From the NCBI GenBank assembly GCA_951804945.1, contig OX638150.1, positions 39,060,001-39,124,000 on the forward strand: 64,000 nucleotides of DNA, written 5' to 3'. The DNA is from Podarcis cretensis. Taxonomy: Eukaryota. Both the position numbers and the translations under genes were made by a program. The notes under the pieces were generated by a model. That model ran no database searches. It saw nothing but the letters and a program-made list of their open reading frames with translations, and was not told the DNA's origin. This document shows positions 10,942-25,291 of the stretch, piece after piece (the stretch's first letter is position 1; each line of letters opens with the position of its first letter).

Positions 10942-11150
10942 TTATACCCCGCCCATCTGGCAGGGCCTCCCCAGCCACTCTGGGTGGCTTCCAACAGGAT
11001 ATTAAAAACACAAGAAAACATCAAACATTAAAAACTTCCCTAAACAGGGCTGCCTTCAGATGTCTTCTAAAAGTCAGATAGTTGTTTATTTCCTTGACAT
11101 CTGGTGAGAGGGTGTTCTACAGGGTGGGCGCCACTACCAAGAAGGCCCTC
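10902..11150 (-). mobile_element. L2-type LINE 3' end with (TTA)n tail
   Basis: (AAT)n followed by ttataccccgcccatctggc; the same terminus recurs at 59640-59688. Confidence 0.7.
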
Positions 11151-11717
11151 GGTACATTCGTGATTAAAATAGACAACAAAACAAATAATTAAACAGAAAA
11201 CAGTTAAAGCAATAAAATATCAACTTTAATTCAAGGGAATCCTTGCCTAAACAGGTATGTTTTCAGGAGCCAGCAGATTGCCAACACTGCAGCTGTAGTC
11301 CTAGTAATATAACACTAATTTCTTCTTCCTTTTTAAAAACCAGTTTAATACGGATAAGGCTGCAGGTTGACAACAGTGATGGGGAACCCACTGTGGCCTT
11401 CCAGAGGGTGCTGAACTACAACTTCCATCATCCTTGATCACTAGCTGTGCTGGCTGGGTCTAATGGGAACTGGAATCTAGTATCACCAAACACAGTGGGA
11501 GTTACTGCTGAATTAAAAAATGGGATTGCATTACACGGATAAACTCATAAATGTTAAAAGGATTGGGTCAATAAATTGCATTCCTTACATACAACTGCAA
11601 GTGACTGAAACATGTTAGAAGTATTTCGAAGCGTGCTTATTTTGTTTTAGTGTTAGGGTTGTCTGCCCTGGTTATTGTACATACCAGTAATGAAATAATA
11701 AAGAAAGTGAGTGAGTA

Positions 11718-11850
11718 CAGGCATACCTCAGAGATATTGCTGGTTCGGTTCCAGCCCACCACAATAAAGCGAATATTGCAATAAAGTGAGCCGCTTTTTT
11801 GTTTGTTTCCCTGTGAAAAGTTACCTTTTCACTATAGTGTAGTCTATTGA
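11718..11850 (+). mobile_element. Tigger-like element, partial
   Basis: TA-CAGGCATACCTCAGAGATATTGC...GGTTCGGTTCCAG start; second end not found. Confidence 0.6.
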
Positions 11851-13299
11851 CCCAGCCCCTCCCCCCTTGGCTGCATGGGTGGGAGGGGAGAAACCCAGCT
11901 CCAGTCCTAGCAGCTCCATTATCGTGGCCAGAAGAGGGTTGATGGCAGCAGGGGGCTTGCTTCCTAATTTTTTAAAAGAGCAATACTGTATCTGCGACGT
12001 GCAATAAAATGAGGTATGCATGTACTAAAATAAACATTAGGTATCATTGTTTGGCATGCTTTACCCATGATGTGCATTTTCATGTAGCATGTAGCATGTA
12101 GAACAGGACATGTAGCATGTAGAATTTTAAAGTAATTTTTTTTCAATTTTGTGATAGTGTGAGAATCATCATTCTGGGTTAAATGGAATGTTTGAGCAAT
12201 CGTCATTTATGATAGGAAAGTGGAAATTAAAGCTGTCAAGTGATCGAAGGCTTAGCAAGCTCACTTTTTAAGTATACAGAATTTGAATGAAAATTGCTGT
12301 GCTACACTTACTATGTCTGTAATATGCAATCCAAATAAAATGTTGTCATTGCACACAGAATTTGTAACTATAATTGCCATCAGCAAATAAGTGAGAGTGG
12401 GTTCAACATAGTTGTGAGACTGGAAAAATAATTATGAGCATGTATCCCCTCACCATTGACAATTGCAGATTGCAACCAAACCATCCTTTCTCTAGCCATG
12501 AAGCTCACTTTATGGGTGATCTCAAGCCAATTAACATATCTATATCTCAGGGTTGTTCTGTAGATGAAAAGTGGTGTGGGAAGAGAATGATGCATATTGT
12601 CCTGAGTTTCTTGGAGGATAAGCAGGATAAAAAACATGGAAACAATAGTCTCAAATCTGTTTACAGATAAGCATAGGGACCTGCAGGACACCTGATGGCA
12701 GTATGGTTTACATTAGTTAAGCACAGGGGCTACAATTGAGTACCACAAAATGTGATTCTTAGCATTGGTAATGATGCAAACGACCCGGTTCCTTAGAGAA
12801 CAAGTAAATAGATATTTTTGGCCAGATAAGGCATGATTTTAAAAGGACATAACAGACACACACCAATGCAGGGATTTTTATTACTGAAACAGTCAACACC
12901 TGTCCAAACACTGATTTCTTTTTCCCGCCTGCTAACCTCAAGAAACTGGACTTTCACCGGGAATTGTGATTTCGATGGATTAGAAGTCTGAGGTCATTTT
13001 CAGATCTGAGGTACATGATTATGACTGGCAGTATTTTTTTATTGTTTTCCTTTTTCACCGTTGTTTTTGCTGCAAAAGTTATGCGATCAACAACAACAAT
13101 AAATGACAATGTCGTTCTACTGCGGGGTCTTCCTTTCCTGCACCTCAACAGTGCTTCCAATCCGGCACATTTATATCCTGCACATCTGTTTTAAAAACTC
13201 CCAGGGCGGCTCATGCACCTTTTATGCTTTTTACAGGCTCTTATTGTTATTATTTCGCGGTTTATAACCAGCGCTCTAGCATCCAAGGAAACGCCTCCT

Positions 13300-13950
13300 G
13301 CACAGCCCAGCTCTTCTTTGCCTTGGCGTTTAAAGCAAGACTTTCCCGCTATGTAGCTCCACCAGAAAAAGACACACACCTACATCCCGTCCCTGCCACA
13401 GAAAGAAAAAACGCACACAGCCGGGCGCTTTCCTCCTTCCCAGCCAATCCCCTTTCCCCTTCCTCGCCCGCCCTCCCTCTGCTGCCGGGCTCCTCCCCTT
13501 TTCGCAGCCCAGGCGCGAACGTCCACCGAGCCCTTCTGTCCCGCGCGAGGAGCCGTACCTGGAGAGGCCTCTTCTGAGCGCAGGCGCCAACGACGAAAGG
13601 TAAATCTTGCAAGCGGCGAGCTGCTGTGGGAGAGGCGCTGAGCTTGGCTCGGGCTTTCCGTGGTTCGCAGGAGCTTGGGCGAGGCGAGGGTAGGGCCAGG
13701 GCCTTCAGGGCGAGATGGCGAGCCGCCTTGGGAAACGGGGAGAGGCTCTCTCGCGATAAGGTCGCCCGGGGGGTGTCTTGGACGCCAGGCCCCGGGGAAG
13801 GAGGGCGGTGCGCGGCTCGGCTGCAAATGTTAAAAAACCGCCCTCAGCCTCAGCCTTGCACCTCAATTAAGGCGGCAAAAGGCGGAATTCTCATGCTTTT
13901 GAGTTCGTGCGAAGTGCTTTCCCCTGCCTCAGCCCTGAAAAACGAATGCA
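13300..13950 (+). promoter_or_regulatory. TBCD CpG-island promoter with probable non-coding first exon ending at 13599
   Basis: Strong CpG/GC enrichment, CCAAT box (cagccaatc 13441-13449), GC box, donor AAG|GTAAAT at 13599/13600; the ATG exon has its own acceptor (ttgcctag, 14598). Confidence 0.65.
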
Positions 13951-14622
13951 CAGTATTAACTCTCTTTCAGTATGGCAACAAAAGCCCTGGTAATAGGTCG
14001 GGGGTTAAAGGGAAGGATTCCAGGTTCAGGGGTGTAGCTTCCCCGCTGGGCTTGAACGCAGCTTCAATCGCTATACATTTTTATTTGCAAAGGAACAGTG
14101 CATTCCCGAGCAATCCTCATGGCATGCATACGGCTATACTGCATCAAGGCCTTATTTATATTTTAAAAGCTGAACTAACCTTCTTTCCATCCCTGTCAAG
14201 ATAGAAACGTATCCTCTGGAAGCGGATAGGATTTGGAAGAGATGGGAGAACTGGCTCTTGTTAAATTGCGTGTGGAACAAGAGATGTATATAGCAAGGGA
14301 AGGAAATCCCTTTTATACACTGTCCTGTTATTTTTCTATGGGGAAAGAACGGACACAGGCCAGCACAGATTTAAGCCCACTGAAAATAATTGAGCTTAAG
14401 TGCAGTTCTCTTATGTGCACTTGGATTGCCTCCATCATGCAAGGCAAATTTGCAGCGTAGTTGTACACAAGTCTACTTGGAAGAATTCCCCATTGAATTC
14501 AATGGGTCTTGCTTTCAGGAAGCTCAGTATAGGGTTGTAACATTAATTGTGGGATTTAACTGTAATGGTAAATGCTGGTTTGCTGTGCCTTTGCCTAGAG
14601 AAGAATTTTTCACGAGCTGAAG

Positions 14623-14815
14623 ATGGTTTTAAATGAGATGAACGGAGATGGGTCTGAGCAAGAGGATAGCAGATGCCTGGAGTCTGATGTCATCGCCAAG
14701 GGAAACATACTTGAGACCTTTTCAGAGAGTCAGGAAATACAGGAGTTGATTAATTCTCTCAGATCAATGCATGGAGACCTATCATTGAGAGAGACGGTGC
14801 TTGAAAAATTTAAAG
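14623..14815 (+). CDS. TBCD: Tubulin-specific chaperone D coding exon 1 (MVLNEMNGDG...LEKFK)
   Basis: aagATGG start, donor AAG|GTATGA, phase 1 joins exon 2; resembles the TBCD N-terminus. Confidence 0.88.
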
Positions 14816-16303
14816 GTATGAGCTCTTCCTTTTAGTATGTACAACTGATGATTGGGATGTTGTCACCAGATCCTACTAAGTGTAATGGTTAAGCATTTGA
14901 ATTGTGAATTAAGACAACTCTTGTTCACCTTATCCATTAACTCTATAGGCCTACAATCCTCAACACACTAAAGAGTAAGTTCCACTGGATACAATGGAAC
15001 TTATTCTGAGTAAAAGATTGATCAATATTGCCTTGTAGATGACTATAGGAAAGCAATAGCAATTTACAATATGCAAACAGTAATGCTTATTTGAAATTTT
15101 TCAAGTTTTGATAATATTCTCAAAATGTTAATCTCTTTATTGCTGAAATAAATTGCTGAAGTGGACTGGTTGCTCTCTAAAAATGCCATTGTTACCATTC
15201 TCTCTGAGGTTCTAAATAAAACCACAAAGGAAAGTTGGGATACAGGCTTTTGTGATTACAGACATGGTTGCAATAAAACATTTTTGACTAGTCTCGTGGT
15301 CTGTTATAGAATATGGCAGATGATTGTCTCCTATAACTCTCCAACAGTTGCATTTGGTAGTTCAACATTACTGAATAATAGAACGTTTAAAATGACTTAC
15401 TGACCTGCTTCACATGTCACACTGAGCCAAATCATGGCATAGTGCAAATGTGCAAACACTTGGAGAAGAGATCCCAGCCACTTCTCTCCCACCCAGTTTT
15501 GTTGCTGTGCTGACCTGTGCCATGGTTTGACCAGTGGTTTAGCTCTCACCATAGGTTTTATCCAAGAATGAATGCAGGTTCAGATGGCTTAGCTCAACAT
15601 TGCGCAGTAGCAAAGTGGCTGGGTTTCCTTGTCCAGGAGATTACACACTCCTGTGTTCACATTAAACCATGGTGTGACATGCAAACTAGTCCATTGTGGA
15701 AATGCAATAAAAAACAGTGAAGCAATAATAACAGAGCAAAGCGGCTAAATGGGGTTGTTAAATTTATACAAAAAATGAATATCCTCTAGCACAGTAGTGG
15801 GGAACTTCCATCCCGTGGGCCTAATTAGTTATCTGATTTTGGCTTGTGGGCCATATTCGCAAACCACATCCACCTGGTAGTTACTCAGTGTCAAATGATG
15901 TCAGGTGCTGTGATCTGTTAAATCCAATTCAAGCACTTAGTTATAGGTAAGCCTCTGCTGCCACCTTGTACTCTCAAGGAGCAAGCACATAATAGCTCTA
16001 GTATTGGAGATAAGCCTGTTCCTGCAGCCTGAGTTTAGTGTTGCCTGATGTCAGGTGATTGTCAGGTGGATGGATCCCCCCCCCAAATGTCTCAGAAGTG
16101 GCACCTTGGAGAGTGGGCCACTTCTGGATCCAGTCCTATGACTCAGTCTAGTTCCTCACCCCTGCTATACCAATAACACCTTTAGAAGGTTCAAAAGAGC
16201 ATTTCACCAATATTATTATTTATTCATAGATCAAGAACAGGATACAGTCAGAAAATGAGTGTATCTTTTTAGGCATTTTGGTGTAAGCTGCAGTTTTGAT
16301 TAT

Positions 16304-16660
16304 TAAAGGTAAAGGTAAAGGTACCCCTGCCCATACGGGCCAGTCTTGACAGACTATGGGGTTGTGCGCCCATCTCACTCAAGAGGCCAGGGGCCAGCGC
16401 TGTCCGGAGACACTTCCGGGTCACGTGGCCAGCGTGACATCGCTGCTCTGGCGAGCCAGAGCCGCACACGGAAACACCGTTTACCTTCCCACTGGTAAGC
16501 GGTCCCTATTTATCTACTTGCACCCGGAGGTGCTTTCGAACTGCTAGGTTGGCAGGCGCTGGGACCGAGCAGCGGGAGCGCACCCCGCCGCAGGGATTCG
16601 AACTGCCGACCTTTCGATCGGCAAGTCCTAGGCGCTGAGGCTTTAACCCACAGCGCCACC
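16304..16660 (-). mobile_element. Sauria SINE
   Basis: tRNA-like head GGTGGCGCTGTGGGTTAAA...GGTTCGAATCCC and (ACCTTT)n tail on the minus strand. Confidence 0.9.
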
Positions 16661-16672
16661 TTTTTTCAAATA

Positions 16673-16893
16673 CAGTGGTAGCTCGGGTTACATACGCTTC
16701 AGGTTACAGACTCCGCTAACCCAGAAATATTACCTTGGGTTAAGAACTTTGCTTCAGGATGAGAACAGAAATCGTGCTCCAATGGCGCGGCGGCGGCAGC
16801 TGGAGGCCCCATTAGCTAAAGTGGTGTCTCAGGTTAAGAACAGTTTCAGGTTAAGAACGGAACGAATTAAGTACTTAACCCGAGGTACCACTG
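16673..16893 (+). mobile_element. Tigger-like MITE
   Basis: CAGTGGTA TIRs, TA TSD, same family as 9426. Confidence 0.9.
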
Positions 16894-17147
16894 TACAGTA
16901 TTTAGTTGGCCTTGGACTGCCACCTAGTGATGATTTAGTGTAGCATCATTGAAGTGTATGTATTATGAATGAATGAACTCCTTTACAGGAAAATTTTTAA
17001 AACATTTCTATTTACCCAGGCATTTGGTGGCTGAAGGAAGGCCATGGCAACTTTGAAATTAGTAACTGTGAGGGTATATAATTTCTAGATGGCTTTTAAA
17101 TTGTTTTGAAATGTTTTGAATATGTTGTTATTTTATTTTAAATAGTG

Positions 17148-17338
17148 CAGTGGTACCATGGTTTAAGAACAGCCCAGTTTAAGAATGATTTGGTTTACAA
17201 ACTCCGCAAAACCGGAAATAGTGTCTTGGTTTGAGAACTTTACCTTGGTCTAAGAATGGAATCCAAACAGTGGAAGGGCACCGGCCGCGGGAGGCCTCAT
17301 TAGGGAAAGCGCGCCTCAGTTTAAGAACGGTTTTGGTT
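17148..17338 (+). mobile_element. Truncated Tigger-like MITE abutting the TBCD exon 2 acceptor
   Basis: CAGTGGTACC start, ggaggcctcattag and ttaagaac blocks shared with the family; right TIR absent. Confidence 0.75.
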
Positions 17339-17350
17339 TTTATCTTTCAG

Positions 17351-17401
17351 TTATATTGAACAATTATCAGGAACAGCCTCACCTTTTGGATCCACATTTA
17401 G
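17351..17401 (+). CDS. TBCD: TBCD coding exon 2 (VILNNYQEQPHLLDPHL)
   Basis: YQEQPHLLDPHL signature, 51 nt, AG/GTAAG boundaries. Confidence 0.96.
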
Positions 17402-18416
17402 GTAAGTTTTGTTGTGCTGTTTTTGAAGATTTTGATAGAATCTTAGAATACTGGTCAGCATGGACAACAGGTGAAGAAGCTTTGCTTTGTTTAAGTATGG
17501 GGAGGGGCAGATTCTCTTTGGTGAGAGTGTGTTGTGTTTCACCACACTTCCCCCAGCAGCTTTATCATATTTAATCTAGCAGGCTTCCCTGAAAAGTGAG
17601 AAGCAGACTGGGGTAGTTTTGTGTTATTTCGAAACTCACAGGTTTCTGTCCTGGAAAAGGAGAGTTCATCTTGGGGGAGCTTCTGTAAAGATGCATATCT
17701 CCTGGGCAATTGAAAGCAGCCTACAGTTCTCTGGGGTGACCTCCTTATTTCTCAGGAAGTGCACCTGCAAAGTAAGAAATAGTGCATTACTCTCTTCTAG
17801 GCCTTTTCTGTCTTGCATTTCTTACCTTGCATTTCTCCTGGGTTATACAATAGTTAGTCAAAATGGTTTGAGAGTGTGAGGTGCTGCAGTTGTTCTTATC
17901 TTGCTGACACATGAACTTTGAAATGAAGGAACTGCTGTCAGGTAAGACATATAGTAATAGTAAAATAAACTATATTACTACATTGCTAATATATACTTAG
18001 CATATAGTACTATACTAAGAATTTAGTATATTTAAACTGAAATGAGACAACAGAATATAGCAAGAGCATATTTGCCTTTAATGGGAGCTATAGTAATCTC
18101 TTGCTGTCCTCTGGCCTTATAAAACCTAACCATTACATTTTGTAGAATCGTTCTTCCATATTTTATTAGACCGAAGGATATCTTAAATGTATTTATCTTG
18201 ATTTAAAGGAGGCTGTATTATGATAACTTTGCAAAAAGGAGACAAAGTCCCAGTGAATGATTCAGCAGTATGAGCCAATGACTGCAGATCAAGTCTCTGG
18301 CAAGTCTAGTGCCTTAGTCCCCTTGAAATAGATGAGCCAGGACTAAGGGGGCAACCCTTGGCATCTCCCCAATTATAATGTGTATGTCGCTCATTTTCTC
18401 ACAAATATGTTCCTGA

Positions 18417-18623
<207 letters not shown>

Positions 18624-19843
18624 TAGAAATGGGATTCTCCACCCCAGGGGATATGTTTCAGTAAGCTCTAGAAATATTTGGTGTTTAATCTGGATTTGTT
18701 AATAATTTGGGTTCCACTTTCACAGTTTATTATCGGGAAGTCAGTACTTCATGTTTTCTGAACAAATGTTGGTAATAAGAATATTGTTTACAAGCTTGTT
18801 GCTTGTAATACTACATACGCAAAATGACTCTAATTGTGGGTTATTCCCCAGTTTTTTGCCTTGTGTATTAGACTGTGAAATACAGAAAGACGAGCTTGTG
18901 ACTGTTGGCACAGGGAAGTGCAAACAGGAAAAGAAAGGAAATGAGACAATGAACAATGGCATGGACATTGGTTGCCATAGTCCTAAAATGGTTCCCTATT
19001 CTTTTATGAAAGCAGTTGCATTAAATTCTCAGCACAGCATGACTGATTTGTTAATATCAAATAGTCATACTATCTTTGTTCTGCTGTAATGGCAGAATGC
19101 TAACCACTAATTGTTCTGATTTTTCCCCCTCCCCTTGATCTATGTGCCTGACAAAACAAAAAGTAGTGTGAGATTACAGATAATTTTATGTTTTGTTGAT
19201 CATATATTTATACATTCTCAAGGGCTCTGGGTTTCCAAAAGTCTAGGTTGGGCCCCCACTGGGATTTCCGATGGAGAGAAACTAAATGGCAAGTCCTTGA
19301 TTGCTACAATCCTTTTTACCTTTTAGAAAACAAAGTGGTACAGAGAAGGTGTTGGTTGGAGTTAGGGAGGGAAGAGGTGGTAACAGGATGACTGTGAAAT
19401 AGTTTTGGGGAGTATGTAGGAGCTTGGTAGGTACCATAATACCTAATGAAACTGATTTCTTAATGATTGTGAGCTACTGCCATCAATCAGAAATAAGCCA
19501 GAATGTTTTGCAATCCAGTTTCTGGAGTTCCAGCAAAGAGAAACATGCAGAGTTACTTGTCTTGTACAAGTGCTGCAACCATCACAGGCTGGTATTTTTA
19601 AGAACATGGCTTCGTGGTGGAAAAACATACGGAGGAAAATGTGGATATTGATTGCTGTTGAGGACTTTTCCTGCTACCCTTGTTAAAGTGATACTTAGGT
19701 ATTATACTTTACCAAGCTCAAATTAAAGTCACATAGCTTAAGTGGCCAAAGAGATCCCAGTATCTACCAGCTACTGATTGAGGGGCACATAAATGGCAGG
19801 CGTGAGAGACAGAAGAACTAGAAACAGAACATGCTTCTAAAAA

Positions 19844-19844
<1 letters not shown>

Positions 19845-19889
<45 letters not shown>
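19845..19889. repeat. (TTA)n microsatellite
   Basis: About 15 perfect units. Confidence 0.95.
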
Positions 19890-19891
<2 letters not shown>

Positions 19892-20639
19892 AGAGCGGCT
19901 ATACTAGAAGCTGAATGGCTGTGATCCAGACAGCATACCATGTGTTGTCTACACATCTCATCACGCCCTCTCAGTTTCCACAAGTGCTCATAAATCACTC
20001 TTTATATGCCTCTGAGTATACAAAAAATGTTTTGGGATTTGATGCAAGATCTCTTTTTACAGGGAATGTCGCTAGTGTGGGTTTCTGTTTTCCAGAATGG
20101 TTTGCTGCCAAGTCTCATTGCCACAGATGCTGTTCCTCTGCACTCTTCCTGCATATGTGGGGCCTGATGGCATCAATTATGGGGGTGGATTTTGCCAGGG
20201 GACGGGGGACAGACCATTTGCTATCTCTTTTGTCTTCCTTGATGTTATCTTAGCATTCTCTTACTTTGTTTTCATTGTTACAGAGGTGGTAATCCTTTGA
20301 TTTGCACCACTTCGGATGCAGGTGCCAGCTTACACAGACAACTAGTATATTAGGAAGAATCGTTATAGCCTAGCCTTCTCCATGATATGATAATTTTTTG
20401 TAGGAATGTTGATTCATGGAAGATTACCCTATTGTGTGAATCCCTATCCACAGCCCAAAATGGTGTTGTCTAGACACAAGTTGACCACCTCAGTGAAAAC
20501 TAGGCCTAGTATACCATAAATTAAACCTGGTACCTCAGGGGGTTTTTTGGGGGGGAGGGGGGAATACTGCACAACCTCATTTTTATAGTACTATAACTGG
20601 AAATGAATTATTTACTCAAGAAACTCTCTTTTTTGCTAG

Positions 20640-20843
<204 letters not shown>

Positions 20844-21319
20844 TAGACCAGGAACGGGGAAGCTTTTTCTCCCCACCTCATAGGCTAACTTTGAATTACA
20901 TGAGGTAATTAGGATGTTACATGACTGACAAGCGGGTTGTCCTGCTCACCTGCCCAAATCCCCACATCAGAGGTTGAAAGGGGCAGTGTGAGAAGGGTTG
21001 CACAAGGCAGGCTTTTCAACTTTTTGTGATCCTTCTCCTTTCCACTTTCCCCACTGACATCAGGCGTGCAGAAGACTGCCATTTCACCCACCCCCACGCC
21101 TCACCAAAACCTCTGTATGTAAATGAAAGAGACTGATAGGGGAATGCTATTAAAATTTACAGTGCTTGTATCAAATGTTAATCCTACTCGGGAGAGAACA
21201 ACTGAAAGTAATAAACCTGACTTAGATCCATGCATTTCAGTGGATCTACTCTGAGTTGGACTAGCACATTGCCAGTTTCATGTGGAACATGTGCAAATAT
21301 GATTGCATGTGTTCTGGAT

Positions 21320-21510
21320 GGGGCCATAGCTTAGTAGTGCAGCTCATACATTGTATGCAGAAGCTCCTAGTTTCAGCTCCTAGCGTTTTCAGGTAAGGCT
21401 TGGAAGGAACCCCATTTGAAACCTTGGGCGAATTGCTGCCAGTCCATGTGATTTACACTAAATGGAAGGAGGGGGGCAGTGGTCTGTTTTGCTAAAAGAC
21501 AGTTTTGTAT
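21320..21510 (+). mobile_element. Degenerate tRNA-derived SINE (Squam3-like)
   Basis: GGGCCATAGCTTAGTAG A-box head and gaaaccttgg...gctgccagtc body. Confidence 0.5.
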
Positions 21511-22085
21511 GTTCACAAGTGTGCTTTCACTCACACTGTTTTGAAACTGCTGTTATATCTGCATGCTTTATATACCCTTTTAGCAAGAGTTGTTGCTTAC
21601 CTTGTATTCTAAGGAGGCAATTGCATTCTCACTTATTTTTTAAAGGTCCAGGGAACTGCACTTTGAAAATTTCAAGCTGTTATCTTGATAAAAAGATATG
21701 GGAATGAGTAAACTACTTCTGGAGCGTTCAATCTATGAGCTTTTTCAAAATAATGAAATTCCTATCTTATATTTGCACATGTCTTCAGGAGCCATGATTT
21801 GTTTGGCAGGGTTCATGAAGTTGGGGCTTAGGCTTGTGTGTGAATAAAGTATTCTAGCTGAACCATGTTCCATTTAAATTTGTGTAACTGTCCTTCCATA
21901 GTCAATTAAAACTAAATCTTGGAGGTCCTATTTCATTCCTACATCTTTCCTATTTTTTGTAATAGTGGTCTACATTTTGCATATGGAGATGGTTTTCACA
22001 AGTGTGTGCTGAAAACTTTCTGGGGGCACAAACTATTTTTGAAAACGACTTTTATGATAAATATTTTTTTTCTGTGTTTCGTTAG

Positions 22086-22427
<342 letters not shown>

Positions 22428-22552
22428 TGAGTATCTCATCTGTCAAATGGTAAAACAATAACTTGTATTATTATTTATTTATTACATTTCTACAGTGCCC
22501 TTCAACTGAGGATCACAGGGCAGTTTAGAATATAAAAACACAAAAATACGTA

Positions 22553-22760
22553 ACATATCATTTACAAATAAATTAAACAGTGCAGGAGCTAGGATACAAC
22601 CTTGCTTAACTTCCTTTGTAGCTGGTACGGATCCTGTGAGCTGCCCATTTGTAGAGCAGTGCACCTTCAGCACAGTGCTTTTATATAGATGTTTAATCAA
22701 GAACAATAATCTTTTATCTGTACTGGAAGAGTTTAAACTTATCAGAACATAACATATAAA
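22553..22760 (-). mobile_element. LINE RT fragment, related to the element at 45.5-47.1 kb
   Basis: VKQGCILAPALFNLFVND RT motif. Confidence 0.75.
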
Positions 22761-23207
22761 AATATATTTTAGACAAAACAAGATACTTTCCAAAAATACC
22801 CCAATATAAAAATACAGTATAAATTCCTCATAATGTTGTTTATATTAAGAAAATGTGTAGTTGGAATCTTATTCATCTGTAAACTTGAATTCTTGTGAAT
22901 ATATTATATTTATTGTGAATTTATTATATTTATTAAATATACCAATATTTAATTTTCACTTTGAATAAGATGAAACTGAGGGTGTTTGCAAAAGGGCTTC
23001 CAACAGCCCTATACTGCACTTTGAAGTCCCAACCATTTGCACTTCAGTTAACTCTCTGTATGAAGTCCATACTTTTATATCCCTTCTGTAGTTTGTCCCC
23101 GTTCTGACTTGCATAGATACTTAGGTGAAGGGTTTGCATACAAACATTGTGCACATTTGGTTTTAATGTTGCAAACTCCTCTAACTCAATTTTGTTTTTG
23201 TTTTTAG

Positions 23208-23263
23208 TCCTATTTGATTGTAAGTGACAAAGCTCGAGATGCAGCTGCAGTTTTGGTCTCAAA
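23208..23263 (+). CDS. TBCD: TBCD coding exon 6 (SYLIVSDKARDAAAVLVSK)
   Basis: 56 nt, tttttag acceptor, GTAAGT donor. Confidence 0.96.
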
Positions 23264-24928
23264 GTAAGTCACTTAAGCTGATATTGACAGAAAATGTACT
23301 GTCTCATTACTGTTGGTGTATGTACAAGAATATCCTCACTGCCTAATGGGAGGACTCCTGTTCAGGGTTCTAGCTAGCCATGCTCTCACCCCACGACACA
23401 TAAGCTGTAATAAGCTCAAGCAGTTCAGCTGAAGCTAGCTTCCCACCAAACTTTCCATTTCTCTTTTTCAATGGACACTCAACGCTCATTGGTTCCTTGA
23501 AACCACTGAGCTGTTCACACTGGGCCATGTGCGTGTGTGTCTCTCCTTTTTGTGTTATTTTGAAAAACGTTTTGTTCAGCTGAGCATCACTTGAACCTGC
23601 TAATACTTTCCTCTTGTTTCTTATGGCTGGAACCCAAACAAGGACACTATCAGCACTCAGCCACCTAAATTTGCAGTTTGTGGGGAACAAAATTACACAT
23701 CTAAACTGAAGCCTCTTAGCATCCTGGGTCATTGAGAATTGCCTTCTTCTTTTCCCTGTCTGGAATAAATGGAGAGTTGCAATATTTCTGCCATAGGTGC
23801 TGACTTTAAGGAACCAATCTCTTTTTCACAGTATAATCTTATGAAGTGATGCAACAATTTATAAGTGAAATGAGGGTTTCCTTATGTTAATGGTGTGCAA
23901 ACATATCCAGATATCTTCCATCACTTTTAAATACTGCCCCAACATTTGTACAAAACCTCCCATTGAATTCAGTGATGAGATCCCCTCCCTCCTCCTGCCC
24001 AGCACCGATTTGTCAAATGGACTTGTGAAATCCATGGTAAAAATTAAAAAGTTATCCTTCTGGCAATGTCTGGCGCCTATCACACTTTTTTAATGCTGGT
24101 TTTATGGTGGCAAAATTGTTTGGAAGTTAAGAATTAACAATATTATCATGGGCTCTATTGTAAGAATGTGGTTATGGAATATCACCTGTAGCAAAAGGCT
24201 TTTCAGGCGTAACAGAAAATGCATTGTATTATGAAACTGGCCTCAGAGCATTGGAGTAAAGTACCGTACATGTAGATTTCTAGTGACATCTAGTGGGAGT
24301 TCTAAGCAAACTGACTAACATTTTATTTTGGATTGGTCAATGGTACATAGTGACAGATGAACCTTTTGACAGCAGTGCATGTTGGTATATATGTTTGTTG
24401 TTTGTTTGTTTAAAAAATATCGCTATAAAGCACTTGTCATTCCAGTTCTGTTTTTGGTAAAAAAAGAAGTGGGGATATATACCTTTCTTGATAAGAATGG
24501 TGGAAACTAATACTGTTGTTTTCTGCTAATATTAGCATGTAAGAAGAATAGAAGTTGTCTTCTGCTCCTAAGATTGTTCTGCTACCTTTCTGGTTATTTG
24601 CAGTTTTCCTTAGTGACTAAGTATTCACTCTATCTCCTGATTTGCTTCTAGCTTTTCAGATAGTAAGGCAAAACACACAACATATTATTCCCTTTATGTA
24701 AATAAAGTTTCCAACTCTAATTTTAAGACAATTTGGCTGTTAACTGTGACAGTATAAATTGTTGGGTTATAAGCTTCTTTAGGAAAAGACAGGGTTATAT
24801 TGCTGACAGTTGGAATGTTCCCATCCAAAATATGTTGGAAAGCATCCATTGGCCAGTTGCCTTTAGGAACAAAAAAACCAGTTTGTGTAACAGGAAAAAT
24901 GAGTTACCAACTGAACTGCTGTGAATAG

Positions 24929-25291
<363 letters not shown>

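Noticed and set aside
13380-14204. ORFs of 148 and 192 aa over the TBCD promoter
   Set aside because: GC-rich CpG island depleted of stop codons; low-complexity R/G/A/P translations; no recognisable domain
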